From assembly GCA_034780895.1 (NCBI GenBank), contig JAUZTB010000070.1, forward strand, positions 29,437,291 through 29,501,290: a DNA stretch of 64,000 nt. Reading direction: 5' to 3'. The position numbers and the translations under genes are program-made. Below, in pieces: positions 14,411 to 26,417 of the stretch. Each line of letters opens with the position of its first letter. Positions within the stretch are counted from its first letter, which is position 1. This DNA comes from Rhynchobatus australiae (taxonomy: Eukaryota). Under the pieces are notes generated by a model. That model saw only the letters and a program-made list of their open reading frames with translations, was not told the origin of the DNA and ran no database searches.

Positions 14411-15614
14411 TTGATATGCCATTGTACAATAATCTTGATTCATTAAGCAGTATTCAATTTCTGTGATTTCCTTGCACTAATTCATGTCCAATCATTAGGT
14501 ACCATAACTGCAGTTAATCTTTATTGTCAGTGGCACTGGGAGAGAATGGAGAGAAATAGATAAAATAAATATATCAAGAAGGAAATTGCTGTAGCAAGCT
14601 GAAGTTGTTCATAATGCCAAATTACTTCCTTTATTCTAGGCTTGAAGTGCATTTATCTCTTTTGTTATGCTTACTGATCTGGTACTTCATTGTGATAAAC
14701 CATTCAATTTCATAGTTTAAGTTTCAACCAAGAATAGAAAGAAATTTTCTGAATCTATTCAATGCATCCAGGAAAATCATTGTCCCTTTCATTTTCTCAA
14801 ATTAAAACAATCTATTGCCATTCTTGATATTCAAAATTAATTTAAAATGAAGAACACTTTCATTTGTCTTGGCATTAACAACCTGTTAGCTGTCAGGTCT
14901 GTTGGACTGAAATATGCTTAATTTTAGCTTAAACAGACTGTTTGAAACCTTTTGGGGAGAGGCTGCTGGGTCTAGGACTCTACATTTGGAGATGGATAGA
15001 TTGAGGACATGTCTTTGTGCTGCATGTTTGTTGGAGGGAAAAATCAGTAAGGAACCACTTGATTTTCAAAATATTGAAAATGTGTCCTGACACATGAGGT
15101 AGCCTGGATATTGTACTGCTAATATCTAATATAGTAATCCAGAGGTCTTTACTTTAAGAACAAAAATTAAAATCCCAGCATGTCAGTTTGAGAATTTTTT
15201 TTGCAGGTAGAAGTGACCATGAACCTGTTGGACTCTCTCCCCTCCATGCATCCCAAGAAATTTGAGTCTTAAACAATCTCCTGTTCATTTTTAAGATTTG
15301 AATCTGTTTCATCAGTAATTTTGAACCAGAGCCCAGCATAACCATATGGTAAAGGTACTTGCTGACAAATGGCAAACCAGATAAGATGCTGTCTAAGGCA
15401 TTTAATGTATGAATNNNNNNNNNNNNNNNNNNNNNNNNNNNNNNNNNNNNNNNNNNNNNNNNNNNNNNNNNNNNNNNNNNNNNNNNNNNNNNNNNNNNNN
15501 NNNNNNNNNNNNNNGGCCGGGGGGGGGAAGCTGGGAGGGTGATAAGTCTCATTGGCGTCCTCAGAACCCATTGTTGGAAGCTTGTCACCCTCGATCCTGA
15601 GGGACTGTATGAGA

Positions 15615-16100
15615 ATAAGATAGAAACATAGAAAACCTATAGCACTATACAGGCACTTCAGCCCACAAAGCTGTGATGAACATGTCCCTACCTTCCCTTA
15701 AAAGACCCTATCATATCCGCCTCCACCTTAAGCCTGTGTCATCTTGTGGCAACCATTTCAGCCCTGGTAAAAAGCCTCCGACTATCAATGCCTCATCATC
15801 TTATACACCTCTAGCAGGTCACCTCTCACCCTCCGTTGCTCCAAGGAGAAAAGGCAGAGTTCCCTCAACCTGTTTTCATAAGGCATGCTCCCCAATCCAG
15901 GCAACATCCTTGTAAATCTCTTCTTCACCCTTTCTATGGCTTCCACGTGCTTCCTGTAATGAGGTGACCAGAACTGAGCACTGTACTCCATGTGGGGTCT
16001 GACCAGGTGTAACATTACCTCTCGGCTCCTAAATTCAATTCCACAATTGATGAAGAACAATACACTGTATGTCGTCTTAACCACAGAGTAAACCTGTGCA
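15615..16100 (-). mobile_element. CR1 LINE 3' end
   Basis: Minus ORF LVRPHMEYSAQFWSPHYRKHVEAIERVKKRFTRMLPGL...RGDLLEVYKMMR, with a (catagaaa)-type terminal repeat. Confidence 0.9.
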
Positions 16101-16494
16101 CTTGGATGTAAACTTTTATTTTAATGTAGATGGTAACGTCTGTTGGAAGTGATGTGTATGCTGTAGCATTTCCAGAATAATTCAATTGCTCTTGCATTAG
16201 GTAACCTTTGCCGACACATAACTAAATACTGGAATGCTGTTCATCAGTTTGTTTCACTATTCCTTCATATGAATTTTGTCTTAAGTATTTTTACTGATGT
16301 GTTACATACCTAATTAATACTCTAATCACTCCCTTTTATTAGCATTGTAGCATGTCCAAAAGATGTGGCGTCATAAAAACTGTATCGTCTGGAAAAACCT
16401 GGTTTATCTTTAAGTGACTAAACCCAATTAAAATGATTCAATACTTTTGCTTGTGCAAGTGTTTACATTTCTTCCTAGTGTGGCTTTCCAGTGT

Positions 16495-17230
16495 GTTTGG
16501 ATTGTTACATGTACTAAGGTACAGTGAAAAGCTTTTGTTTGCATGCCATCAAGACAGATCACGCCATATGCAAGTACATTACAGTAGTAAAAAAAAATGC
16601 AGAATATAGTGTTGCAGCTACAAAGTGCAGGGCAAGTAGACAATATAAAGTGTACAACATGATAGATTGGGAGATCAAGAATTGATCATTAGGGTACGAG
16701 AGGTCTGTGGTGATGGTTGTAAAGCAGGTGGGGAACCTTGGACTGAGGAGGGAGGGGTTAAAGATGTCTGCGAATATGCCTGTCATTGGGTCTGGACACG
16801 GCTATGGACTCCAGGGCCAGTCGCTTTCCTTGGGTTCACTCTCAGGAAGGCCAATCTGGCAATGGTAACCGTGCGTACAGGCGCATCAGAGGTGGGTGGT
16901 GTCAGTTCACTGACCTGTCTGAAACAAGCATAGAATGCATCGAGCTCATTGGGCAGGAATGCGTTGTTGCTGGCAATACTGCCCGACTTCACTTTGTAGC
17001 TAGTTATAGCACGTAAGCTGTGCCATGGTCGGTAGCTGATCTGGGACTCTAGCTTGGTCTGGTATCGTCACTTGATTTCCTGGATAGGTCAGTGTCGCCC
17101 AACTTGAACGCCTCGAGTGGATCTCTCTATTTCCAGCTTGTGCAGCCGTTTCCTTTCCCTACTGTCTTTGTGCTATCCCTGGAGAGGTGTGCTTTGTAGT
17201 GTGGAAGACCATGGACTGCAGTGACTCAAG
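16495..17230 (-). mobile_element. Internally deleted Rex1/Babar LINE
   Basis: The 3' tail (about 16495-16700) is joined directly to pre-RT ORF sequence LPNELDAFYACF...RVNPRKATGP...GIFADIFN. Confidence 0.75.
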
Positions 17231-17424
17231 AACATTGCTCACTCCTACCATCTCCAGAGAAATATAGGGATGGGCAATAAATGCTGGTTTTTGTAAGTGG
17301 TGCCCACTTGCTGTTGAATGAATTTATAAAAGTTTCATGCTTCCTGGCAGTGCAGACCTGGATGAAGGGATGCCTGTTCCTCTAACCCAACGTGCTGTAG
17401 CATTGTTATCTAAAACTACCAGGC

Positions 17425-17685
17425 ATGGATATGGGTTGAGAGGGAAAAGATTTAAATGGGACCTGAGGGGTAACTTTTTTTCACACAGAGGGTGGTGAGT
17501 ACATGGAATGAGCTGCCAGAGGAAGTGGTTGAGGCAGGTACAATAGTTTCACTAAAGAAGCACATGGAGGGGTGGGGCTTGGAGGGATATTGGCCGAACA
17601 CAGGAAATTGGGACTAGCTGGGTAGGCACCATGGTTGATATGGATTGGTTTGACTGAAGGGCCTGTATCCATGCTGTATTGCTCT
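17425..17685 (+). mobile_element. CR1 LINE 3' end
   Basis: tttttcacacagagggtggtgagtacatggaatgagctgccagaggaagtggttgaggcagg...gggcctgtatccatgctgtattgctct. Confidence 0.85.
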
Positions 17686-20371
17686 GAGAATTCTTGAGAT
17701 TGAGCGTCATTTTGTAGTCTTCCCCCCTCGGCTGAGACACTCCCATCAGTTCTCCAGCTTCCTCTTCCATGATGCTTGAGCTGTACATTCCTATAGAAGC
17801 AATATTGCTTAAGTCCTGGAGGTGCTGAAATAGTGCCGTTATGTTTATTGGAGCTGGTGTATGGGCACATGCAATGAGAGGTCACCGTTTGAACAAGACG
17901 CATACAATAAATGACCATTTTCAAAGCAAAAGTCAAACAAGTCTACAGTTGGTCGAATCTGCAGTGGAAAAACAAACTGCTGGAGGAACTTGGTTGATCG
18001 GGCATCATCTGTGGAGTTAGTGTCATGGTCGGTGCTTCAGATCAAGATCTGCATCAGAAACATTGACCATTTCTCTTCCTCCACAAATGCTGACTGACCT
18101 ACCAGTTCCTCCAGCAGTCATTTTTCCTCCAAAAATTAAGTTGGACGATACTAGCTTGATCCCAAAACTCGGCTGCGTTTTTTCCTGTGGGAGTCATTTT
18201 GAAGCATCTCAAGCCTTCATCCAGTGTGTTGCTGGTTCATTGGTGGCACATTCATTTCTGACTGGGAGTTTTGGTTCAACTTTCCAGGGACCTCAGTACC
18301 AGATTTGAATGCTGTACAAAGAAGCACCACTTGGACAAAACACAAGCAGCATCCCATCTGGTTTTGGATATATTTTAAAGATCCCATGGCTCTTGCTTGA
18401 AGAAAGACATTTTCCTTGTGGCTTCCTCAATATTTATCACTCCATCTTCAGCATAAATTTATCTGGTTATGATTACTTGCTGTGTATGGGACCTTGTTAG
18501 TCTCAGATTAGCTGCAAGTTTTTCTGCATTACTTCAGTGATTCTGCTTTAAAAGAACTTGATGGACCGCAATGTGCATTAGGGGGTTGGCAGGTTGTCAA
18601 AGCATGGTACTCATGCTCTTTTTACACAAGGAAACTAGACCCATGTGCAGCAGAAATTAATCAGCGAATCTGTTTGATGCTGGTTACGAAAGTAAAGATT
18701 GGTAGGAGCATCAGGAAAACTTACCTTAGAGTAATGCAATGGGATTTTTAATCACAGCTGGAATAGGTGCAAGGAGTCTTAGTTCATCTCATCTAAGTCG
18801 TGGCACTCTTTTTCCAATTTGTTTCTCTCAATACTGCACTGATTTGCAATGATTAGATGTTCAGACCTTGAATGGGGTTGGAACCAGTGCCTTCTGACCC
18901 AGAAGTGAGCTGTACCAAATAAACTGAAAGTGGGCTTGCAATGAAAATAGTTGGAGGTAATAAAATACACGTTACAATGTTTTTAGTGCCTGACTGAATT
19001 CGATTTCTGATTAACCAAATTATAGGAGTTATTGATCTACATCTGAGAGCAATTAACATCTAGGTTCCCTCAATCATTAGTTTTCAGGTTTTGGTTAAAC
19101 GTATAATTTATGTTCTCAAACAAGTGTTAGTCGAGTGGTACAACTTGCTTATATATTGGCGAGTATGATTTGAAACTTGATATTTTGATCTGTTTAATGT
19201 TGTGCTTCCTGTAGAATATGAACCATTGTTGAAAAACCAATATCTTGAGAGATTTAACATTTTGGGTTACTCGATGACTAAAGGGTCAATTGTATTGCTT
19301 TATAATCCAATTTGAAGACTTTTTTTTACCCCTTTTACTGTAGCTGGGGCAGCAAGTAACTTTTGTACAGAGTAAAGGAAATGAAACACTGGTGAGGAAT
19401 TTTAGTCAACTGATTAAAGAAACTCTAAGAAAATGCATGCAATGTGGAAATTAATCTTTAAACTGTTGATGCATTGCAGTAGAAATTTGAGATTAATAAT
19501 TGCAGTTTGTGAGGTGTTGCGTGATGTCCTGTAGCTTTACCCAGTGTGAATTGTACCCTTGCTGCTCTGTGCTTGCACACATAAGGGTTCCACTTCGAAG
19601 GTCAGTTTTTTTTAGTGAAAGCTTTAAAGTGCAGGGAAGGGCAGCCATTTTCCCCAAAAGATTAAAGCCTCTGCTTGGGTAATAAAATGCCCAGATGGAT
19701 TAGATGGCTACCAGAGAACTTCTAAAGCAGTCCCTGCTGGTCAGCGATTGGATTCCAGAGTCACGAGGTGAAGTCTCTGAGCTACTCCCAAAACAGTGCA
19801 TCTCCAGAATTGTTCTTTCATTTTTTTTTCCCCTCCATTAAAATTGGTAGATTGGTTTATTATTGTCACATGCGTTGAGGTACAGTGGAAAACTTTGTTT
19901 TGTATGCCATCCATACAGAGCATTTTATCACATCAGTACATTGAGGTAGTACAAGGGAAAACTATCAGAATGTAGAATCATGTTTCAGTAACACAGCAGT
20001 GCTGGCAGAAATGCAGAACCATCCTTTTTAAAATCCTAAAAATGTTCCTTGGAATTAATTGTATGTGGTTTCTGAAAAGGTATAAATGTGCTTTGATTTA
20101 TTCCTTGAAAACCCAAGCCGAGTTAAAGATTCTAAATATAGATTGAATGAATTGAAGTTGCTAATTGTAAAACACTGGACTTCAGGATCTCAGCCTTAAA
20201 TAGTTCCNNNNNNNNNNCTTGCGTTCTTACTATGTGAGCAGTTTGCCCAATATCAGCCCTAATCGTGGGATTGGATGTACAGATACTATTGGTGTATGAG
20301 TGCAGAAATGAAAATAATGCAGCTGTAGTCATTTAACCTATTGTAACTTGAATATATTTCTTTTTTAATAG

Positions 20372-20439
20372 TGAAAAATGCTGAGAGAGTTACATTTCCA
20401 CCATTTGGAAGAGAATCAACCATGCCAGCATTAAATCAG
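20372..20439 (+). CDS. TCF3: TCF3 exon 6 homolog (68 nt; xKNAERVTFPPFGRESTMPALNQ)
   Basis: Acceptor tttcttttttaatag, donor CAG|gtaagt, phase 1 to 0. Similar to human GKSGERGAYASFGRDAGVGGLTQ. Not in the ORF track. Confidence 0.9.
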
Positions 20440-20464
20440 GTAAGTGGATGTGTATTCTTTTAAA

Positions 20465-20745
20465 TTGGTTTATTCTTGCCCTGTGTACCTTTTTGTTTGC
20501 ATGCCATCGATAAAGATCAATTCATTACTAGTGCATTGGAGTAGTACAAAGGAAAGTCATAACAGAATGCAGAATAAAGTGCTGCAGCTACAGAGAGCGC
20601 AGTGCAGGCAGACAATAAGGTGCGAGGTCATGACGAGGTAGGCTGAAGTCAGGAGTCCATCTTACCATACAAGGGGACCATTCAATAGTCTCAACAGTGG
20701 GCTAGACACTGTCCTTGAGCCTGGTGGTACGTACTTCCAGCCTTG
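20465..20745 (-). mobile_element. Rex1/Babar 3' tail starting about 25 nt after the exon 6 donor; further antisense tails at 19845-20010, 37620-37900, 59485-59585
   Basis: Same tail as 4836-5350, in reverse orientation. Confidence 0.75.
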
Positions 20746-21039
20746 GCCTTATCAAACTCAAAGTTTTTCTTGAAATAGCAGATAGAATAGTTTACTCCCC
20801 TCAAACTGTCATGTTTGAAATTTGAACAATATTATTTGAAGTAGAATTGATGTAGAAATAGTCATTAGCTTAAGTGTTCAATTAAATTTTCCATTAAATT
20901 AAATGGAGACATTGTCGTATCAAAACAAGAATACTTAAAGTAACATAATTTTAAAAATTGTTGGTGTTGCACATTGGAGTTACTGCTGAAGTGTCACCAG
21001 CAGAAACTTAATTTTGTACTTGTTTCCCTACAGTAAATT

Positions 21040-21570
21040 TTAAGAATAATTTAGCAGCAGGAATAGACCATGAACCTTCTCTACCATTTCAGTAGGATCC
21101 TGGCTGATCTGGATGTAACCTTCACACGTTACCCACCTCCCTCCTTGTGTATCAAGAATCTATCTACTGCCTCTTTTAAAAGAGAATTCAAAGATTTTGC
21201 TTTCACCATCCTTTTAAATAGTTCTAGATTCTCCCACAAGGAAGCATCCCCTCCACATCCACTGTGTCAAGACCCCTCTGGATCTTGTATGCCTCAGTCA
21301 GGCCCCTTCTCCCTCTCCTAAACTCCAATGAATGCAAGCCTAGTCCATGCATCCTCTCCTCATTAAACAGCTGGCCAGTCCAGGTGCTGGGTTAGTAAAC
21401 CTTCTCTGAACTGCAAACACATGGGCATCCTCGAGTAAGGAGACCAGTACTGTAATAGTACCCCAGAAGTAGTCACACCAATGCCTTGTGTAACTGAAGA
21501 ATATGCTCCCTTTGTATTTGATTCTCCTAGAAATAATAACATTCCATTAACTTTCCTAATCACTTTGTGC
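21040..21570 (-). mobile_element. CR1 LINE fragment, degenerate
   Basis: Minus strand MIRKVNGML...LQYWSPYSR, followed by a CR1-type 3' UTR. Confidence 0.65.
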
Positions 21571-22044
21571 CTCTTTCTATAGGCAGTACTATGGGAAAGG
21601 TGAAAGTGGGCTAATCCTTTTAAACCTTTTAAGATTTGATTCTTTCATTTGTCTCTTGAAGGGATATGCTGTGTGGCTCCCAAATGCAGCTTAAATTTAA
21701 TTTACTTTATTTTCCAAACATTGCTGTCCGCAGTCAGAAACCAGATTTGGTTTGAGAATTCCTAAGTATATTGAATAGTTAAATGTCAGCTCATTGCTCA
21801 GAGCTCCTTAATGGTTAAATTCTCAGCTGTTAATGTGATAGTTGATGCATACTTTTATCAATAACACGAAATAGCAAATATATCAGATTTTGATCATTGT
21901 AATTTTATTTTGAATATTATGCACAAAGATTTGGGTGAAATTAAACTTCTCTCTTGCCCACTTGAATGTTAATTGCAGACTTTGTGCAGTATTCACCAGG
22001 AGGCCAGCATCAACTTTATTTCATCCTGCTATCAGTAAACATGA

Positions 22045-22446
22045 GCAAGGAAACAAACTGTTGGAGGAACTTGGCAGGTCAGGCCATACCTCTAGAGAGA
22101 AATTGTCAGTCAGTGTTTTGGGTTAAGACCCTTTATCTGGACTGAAAGATAAGAGGGGAGATTGCCGGTGCTTTTTTTTAAAAAAAGGGTGAAGGGAATA
22201 GGTGGAGCAAGAGCTGCAAAATGCCTCCTCCTACCACCTCTCAACCTCTTGCCATTTCCACTCTTCCCTCCTCCATCTGCCTATCACCCATCCTCACCTG
22301 GAGCCAACTATCACCTGCCAACTTTGGCTACACCCATTCCCCCAACCACACAGATGCTGTGTTGATCAGTTACTGCCCAACCCACTGAGCTCCTCCAGCA
22401 GTTGTTTTGCTCCAGATACCATCTTCTGCAGTCTCCTGTGTCTCCA
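22045..22446. mobile_element. Penelope-derived inverted-repeat element with 11-bp TSD
   Basis: Arms ctgttggaggaact... and ...ctgagctcctccagcag. Flanking direct repeat agtaaacatga at 22034-22044 and 22447-22457. Confidence 0.7.
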
Positions 22447-22620
22447 AGTAAACATGATGTAGGCAAAAAGCCAGTTACTTTTCTCAAGTGGGTCATTTCA
22501 TTTTGATGAAGGCCTAGGAATTTCATTGTGTGACATGAGTTTCTTCAGTACCGAACGTACTCCCAGGCAATATCAATTTCCACAATACAATTTGTATTGG
22601 TTTCCAATTTGAATTTAAAT

Positions 22621-22870
22621 TTTAAAATTTTATTTACAGCGTGGTAACAGGCCCTTCCGGCCCAACAAGTCCACACTGCCCATTTTTTTAAAACCCCAAA
22701 TTAACCTACCTATACGTCTTTGGAATGTGGAAGGAAACCGGAGCACCCAGAGGAAACCCACGCGGATACGGGAGAACTTACAAACTCCTTACAGGCAGTG
22801 GTGGGAATTGAACCCGGGTCACTGGCGCTGTAATAGCATCATGCTAACCACTATGCTTCCGTGCTGCCCC
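22621..22870 (-). mobile_element. V-SINE, full length, CR1-type tail; sister copy at 56667-56914
   Basis: Pol III B-box gggttcaattccc and V-domain on the minus strand. The tail on the + strand reads acagcgtggtaacaggcccttccggcccaac. Confidence 0.85.
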
Positions 22871-22989
22871 CTAATTTAATTTACTTAATAAAGTGTAAAT
22901 TGAACCACTGAAAATTAGACCAGGTACTTTCTTTCACAAGTTTTGCGCAACACTTTTGTACGTGCATGGCTGAGCCATCTTGCATAGGA

Positions 22990-23360
22990 TGTAGAACACT
23001 ACAGCCCAATACAGGCCCTACAGCCCACAATGTTGTGCCACCATTTTATCCTGCTCTAAGATCTATCTAGACCTTCCCTCCCACATAGCCCCCTATTTTT
23101 CTATCATTTATGTGTCTAAGTCTCTTATATGTCTGTAATGCATCTGCCCCCACAACCTCTGCCAGCAGTGTGTTCCACACACCCATCACCGTTTTTTTTA
23201 AAAAAAACCTTGCCCTTGACATTCCCCTTGTACCTTCAATCACCTTTAAAATTATGTCCCCTTGTGTTGGCCATTGTTGCACTGGGAAAGTCTGACTGTC
23301 TACTTGATCTATGCCCCTTATCTTGTACACCTCTGTCAAGTCACCTTCTGTCTTCAATAC
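22990..23360 (-). mobile_element. CR1 LINE 3' end; further antisense CR1 ends at 29925-30215, 34100-34435, 42630-43150, 49215-49495, 54675-54793, 63670-63845
   Basis: Minus strand EGDLTEVYKIRGIDQVD...VWNTL. Termini of the type acaggcccWWcRgcccacaatgttgtgc. Confidence 0.82.
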
Positions 23361-25731
23361 TGATGTAAGGACTTCATTCTCAATGCAGTGTTGTTTGGAA
23401 CGTTGCTGGAAGAAATTGGGTCATGTTGATCCAAAACGTGTTGATTAGTGTTGATAAACCAGCGAAGTATTGGCTGTACTGCTTGATCTGCAGTTATGGA
23501 ATTAAATGGATGCTTCCCTGAGCAGAGCCTTGCCCAGTTCTGGAGATCACCTTGGACAGGTCCCCTGAAAGTCGCTTTCATTTGAGATCCTCACCCATGA
23601 CAGACTATCTCAGCAGCCATTCAGCACCCTTGGGACCCTATCTAGAACTGAACCCAACCATAGAATTAACTGAAATCATTTATCTCTACATTTGGTGCAG
23701 TGGACAAAGAAAAGATGCTTCTTAATGTGAAAGTGGCACTTTGGACCTTGGTTGCTGCTTAATTTCCAAGCAGCCAATTCATGTTCCTCTGCAGACACTG
23801 AGGAAATTCTGTTTTAATGTTGATGTATTTGTTACTACGTGTACTTTCATATTGTTTATCAATCAGTTTTACTGTTCTGTTGATGTTCCAATAAAGCACA
23901 TCGATTTACTTTGCCATTTCTGAGTATTTACATAGACAAAAAAAACCAAAATACTGTTTCTCACCTGCTCATATCAGTGCAACAAAAAGAACGTGATTAA
24001 TATCCATAAAAAAGCATCTAAAGCAAAACTAAAAATCTATCCACACCACATTCATATCTGTTAAGGTGCGTTAATNNNNNNNNNNNNNNNNNNNNNNNNN
24101 NNNNNNNNNNNNNNNNNNNNNNNNNNNNNNNNNNNNNNNNNNNNNNNNNNNNNNNNNNNNNNNNNNNNNNNNNNNGGTTGGGGTGTGAGTATGTACATGT
24201 GTGTGGAGGGAGAGCTTGTCGGTGAAAGTGGACGCAGTCCATTTACGATCCTGACTGCTTGTGGGAAAACTGTTCCGCATCCTATTAGATCTAGAGCAGA
24301 TGCTCCTTCACGTTTGCTGAGTATTTAATTTTTGAAATCTTGATCTTGGAAGGAAAAAATTGCAATGTTCTCAAAGTATTCAAATTGATTAGAGTTGTAT
24401 ATTTAAGTTTTAATTGTGCACTCAGATATTGTACAGATTTGAAGTATTTGACAATTGAAACTTCAAACTAACAAGTGAAGAGTTTGAGAGTCTGGCTTTT
24501 AGAATTGTCCCTGAATTATCCTGCACCCTTGCACATTCTTTCCTCCGGCTTTGCCACAATCTTGCACTTCACAAAAATGCAGTTGTATCAGCCTTGGGAA
24601 AATAAATCAGACATTGGAAGACTTGCTTCTCAACAACTTTTTTTAAAAATCCTGCTATTCATTCAGCAGTGCTCTGAATGGCTTAAAACAACAACAGTTG
24701 CATTCTGATGTGGTTGTTAATATCTAACTATATAAATCCATCCACTAAAAAAAATTCATTTGAATTGTGTAAAACATTAAGTTCCAGTTACTGCATAGAC
24801 TAAATATGAAATTGTGCAACTGAAAGTCAGTACAGTTTTTTTTGGTCGTGTGGTAGTCATAGAGCAAGGAAACTGGCCCTTTGAACCAACTCGTCCATAC
24901 CAACTGAGATGTCCATCTGAGCTAGTCTCGTTTGCTTGCATTTGCCTTGGAGTAAAATGTGATGACCACTTCTGGATGCTGTGTCATTCAGCTAGGTACT
25001 TTTGGATCCTGGGCCATCCTTCCACCCCAGTGAGATTGCCTCATTGGGGTGCTTTGCCAATGTTTCTGGGGAAACTCTTGCTTTTGGATTATTGCGGAGG
25101 ACAATAGAGCAGCAATTGTTGGGCCCTCCAAGGACCACTGGAGACTCTGGTCAGATTAATCATCTGGTTCACTTTTAACAGTCCTTTCTGCGACCCCATC
25201 ACTACCACTCCAGCATTACTTCCAGTTCCTGTAGCTCTGGAAGCCTCTGTCCTGATTTATATTTATTTTTCGTCAATGCCAGCTGCCAATGTGCATCATC
25301 CCCAACACATTACCTCTTCTTCCCCCAAACTCTCCTAACAGTCACAATGTAGGCTCTGGTGGACCTGTGGTGCCATCCACCATATCTGGCCCCTGTTGAC
25401 CCAGGATCAGATGCTGGGCAGCACATTTTCCATCTGAGAATACATCTCGCATCCTGTTCAAGTGAAATTTGCAGCAAGGAAGCTGTGACCATTATGTTAA
25501 CCACCATCCCATTGAAACTCCCATCTAGCACCATCATCTGGGTGTTGTAGAATTTCCAGACCTGGGTTTTGAAAGGAAATTTTGGTGCCTCAATTTTAGA
25601 AATGGTGTGGTGAGAAACAAATTGTTTAGGTGTTTAAAAAGTTGCAACAAGTTTAATCTTTTTTTTCTAAATGTGTTGTTATAGACCTGGATGATTGGGC
25701 TAATTGTGCATTTGTTTATTTTACGATGCAG

Positions 25732-25867
25732 GGAACTTTTCTGAATTCTGAAATGGGAATGGCCAATTCGGGAACAATGTCGCCAACTGGAGTCAAACCT
25801 GGCTCCCAGTATTACCCTTTTGCCAGCAATCCTCGCAGAAGACCAGTGCAAGAACCAAGTAATCTAG
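25732..25867 (+). CDS. TCF3: TCF3 exon 7 homolog (136 nt; GTFLNSEMGMANSGTMSPTGVKPGSQYYPFASNPRRRPVQEPSNL)
   Basis: Acceptor ...ttttacgatgcag, donor TAG|gtaata, phase 0 to 1. Carries the E-protein KPGSQYY..PRRRP motif (first half of the bipartite NLS). Confidence 0.95.
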
Positions 25868-26367
25868 GTAATATCCCCAAGGTGTTGTCTCCTATTGCTT
25901 GTATAATGTTCTTGGTGTCCCTACATAACCACCTAAGTAATTCTGTTTAGAATTTTAAATATGGCTCCATTGTCTCTCCAGTTTTGTTCAGTTAAATAAA
26001 TTACAAGAGAAAGGCCCATGTTTTTTGGATTGTGATGTTATACCTGTTTGAAGTGAGTTGTGATTTATCATATGAACTCCTAGATCAAATAGCCAAACTT
26101 GTAATCACACTCTGGAGTACATTTCCTTTTAACTTCATATAGTTTTAAATCTTGCTGATTGAAATGAAATTTTCTTTTTGGCTGCACTTATTATTTCTGT
26201 CCTCTGAGTCTACTGGCGCATGCATCATCACAGTCGGTAATCCTGTGTCTGATTCTCTTGCCCAACTTGATGGATTGTTTTCTGAATTCTTCATTTTTCA
26301 TTTGATCTAAAAACTTCAATTCTTTGCTTAATAATTTTGGATCTTGATTCACATTTTCCCCTCTTAG

Positions 26368-26417
26368 AATCTCAGCCCAAGAAAGTACGAAAGGTGCCTC
26401 CTGGCCTCCCTTCTTCG
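26368..26417 (+). CDS. TCF3: TCF3 exon 8 homolog (50 nt; (E)SQPKKVRKVPPGLPSS)
   Basis: Acceptor ttttcccctcttag, donor TCG|gtaagc, phase 1 to 0. Highly conserved E-protein KKVRKVPPGLPSS motif. Confidence 0.97.

Noticed and set aside
1-20371. Search for upstream TCF3 exons (AD1, exons 2-5) or a nested gene
   Set aside because: No E-protein-like exon was found. The ORFs are short, low-complexity or TE-derived. The exons may be upstream or within gaps.
25110-25560. GC-richer stretch reminiscent of a degraded PIF/Harbinger-type transposon
   Set aside because: No intact motif or TIR that I can verify by eye.
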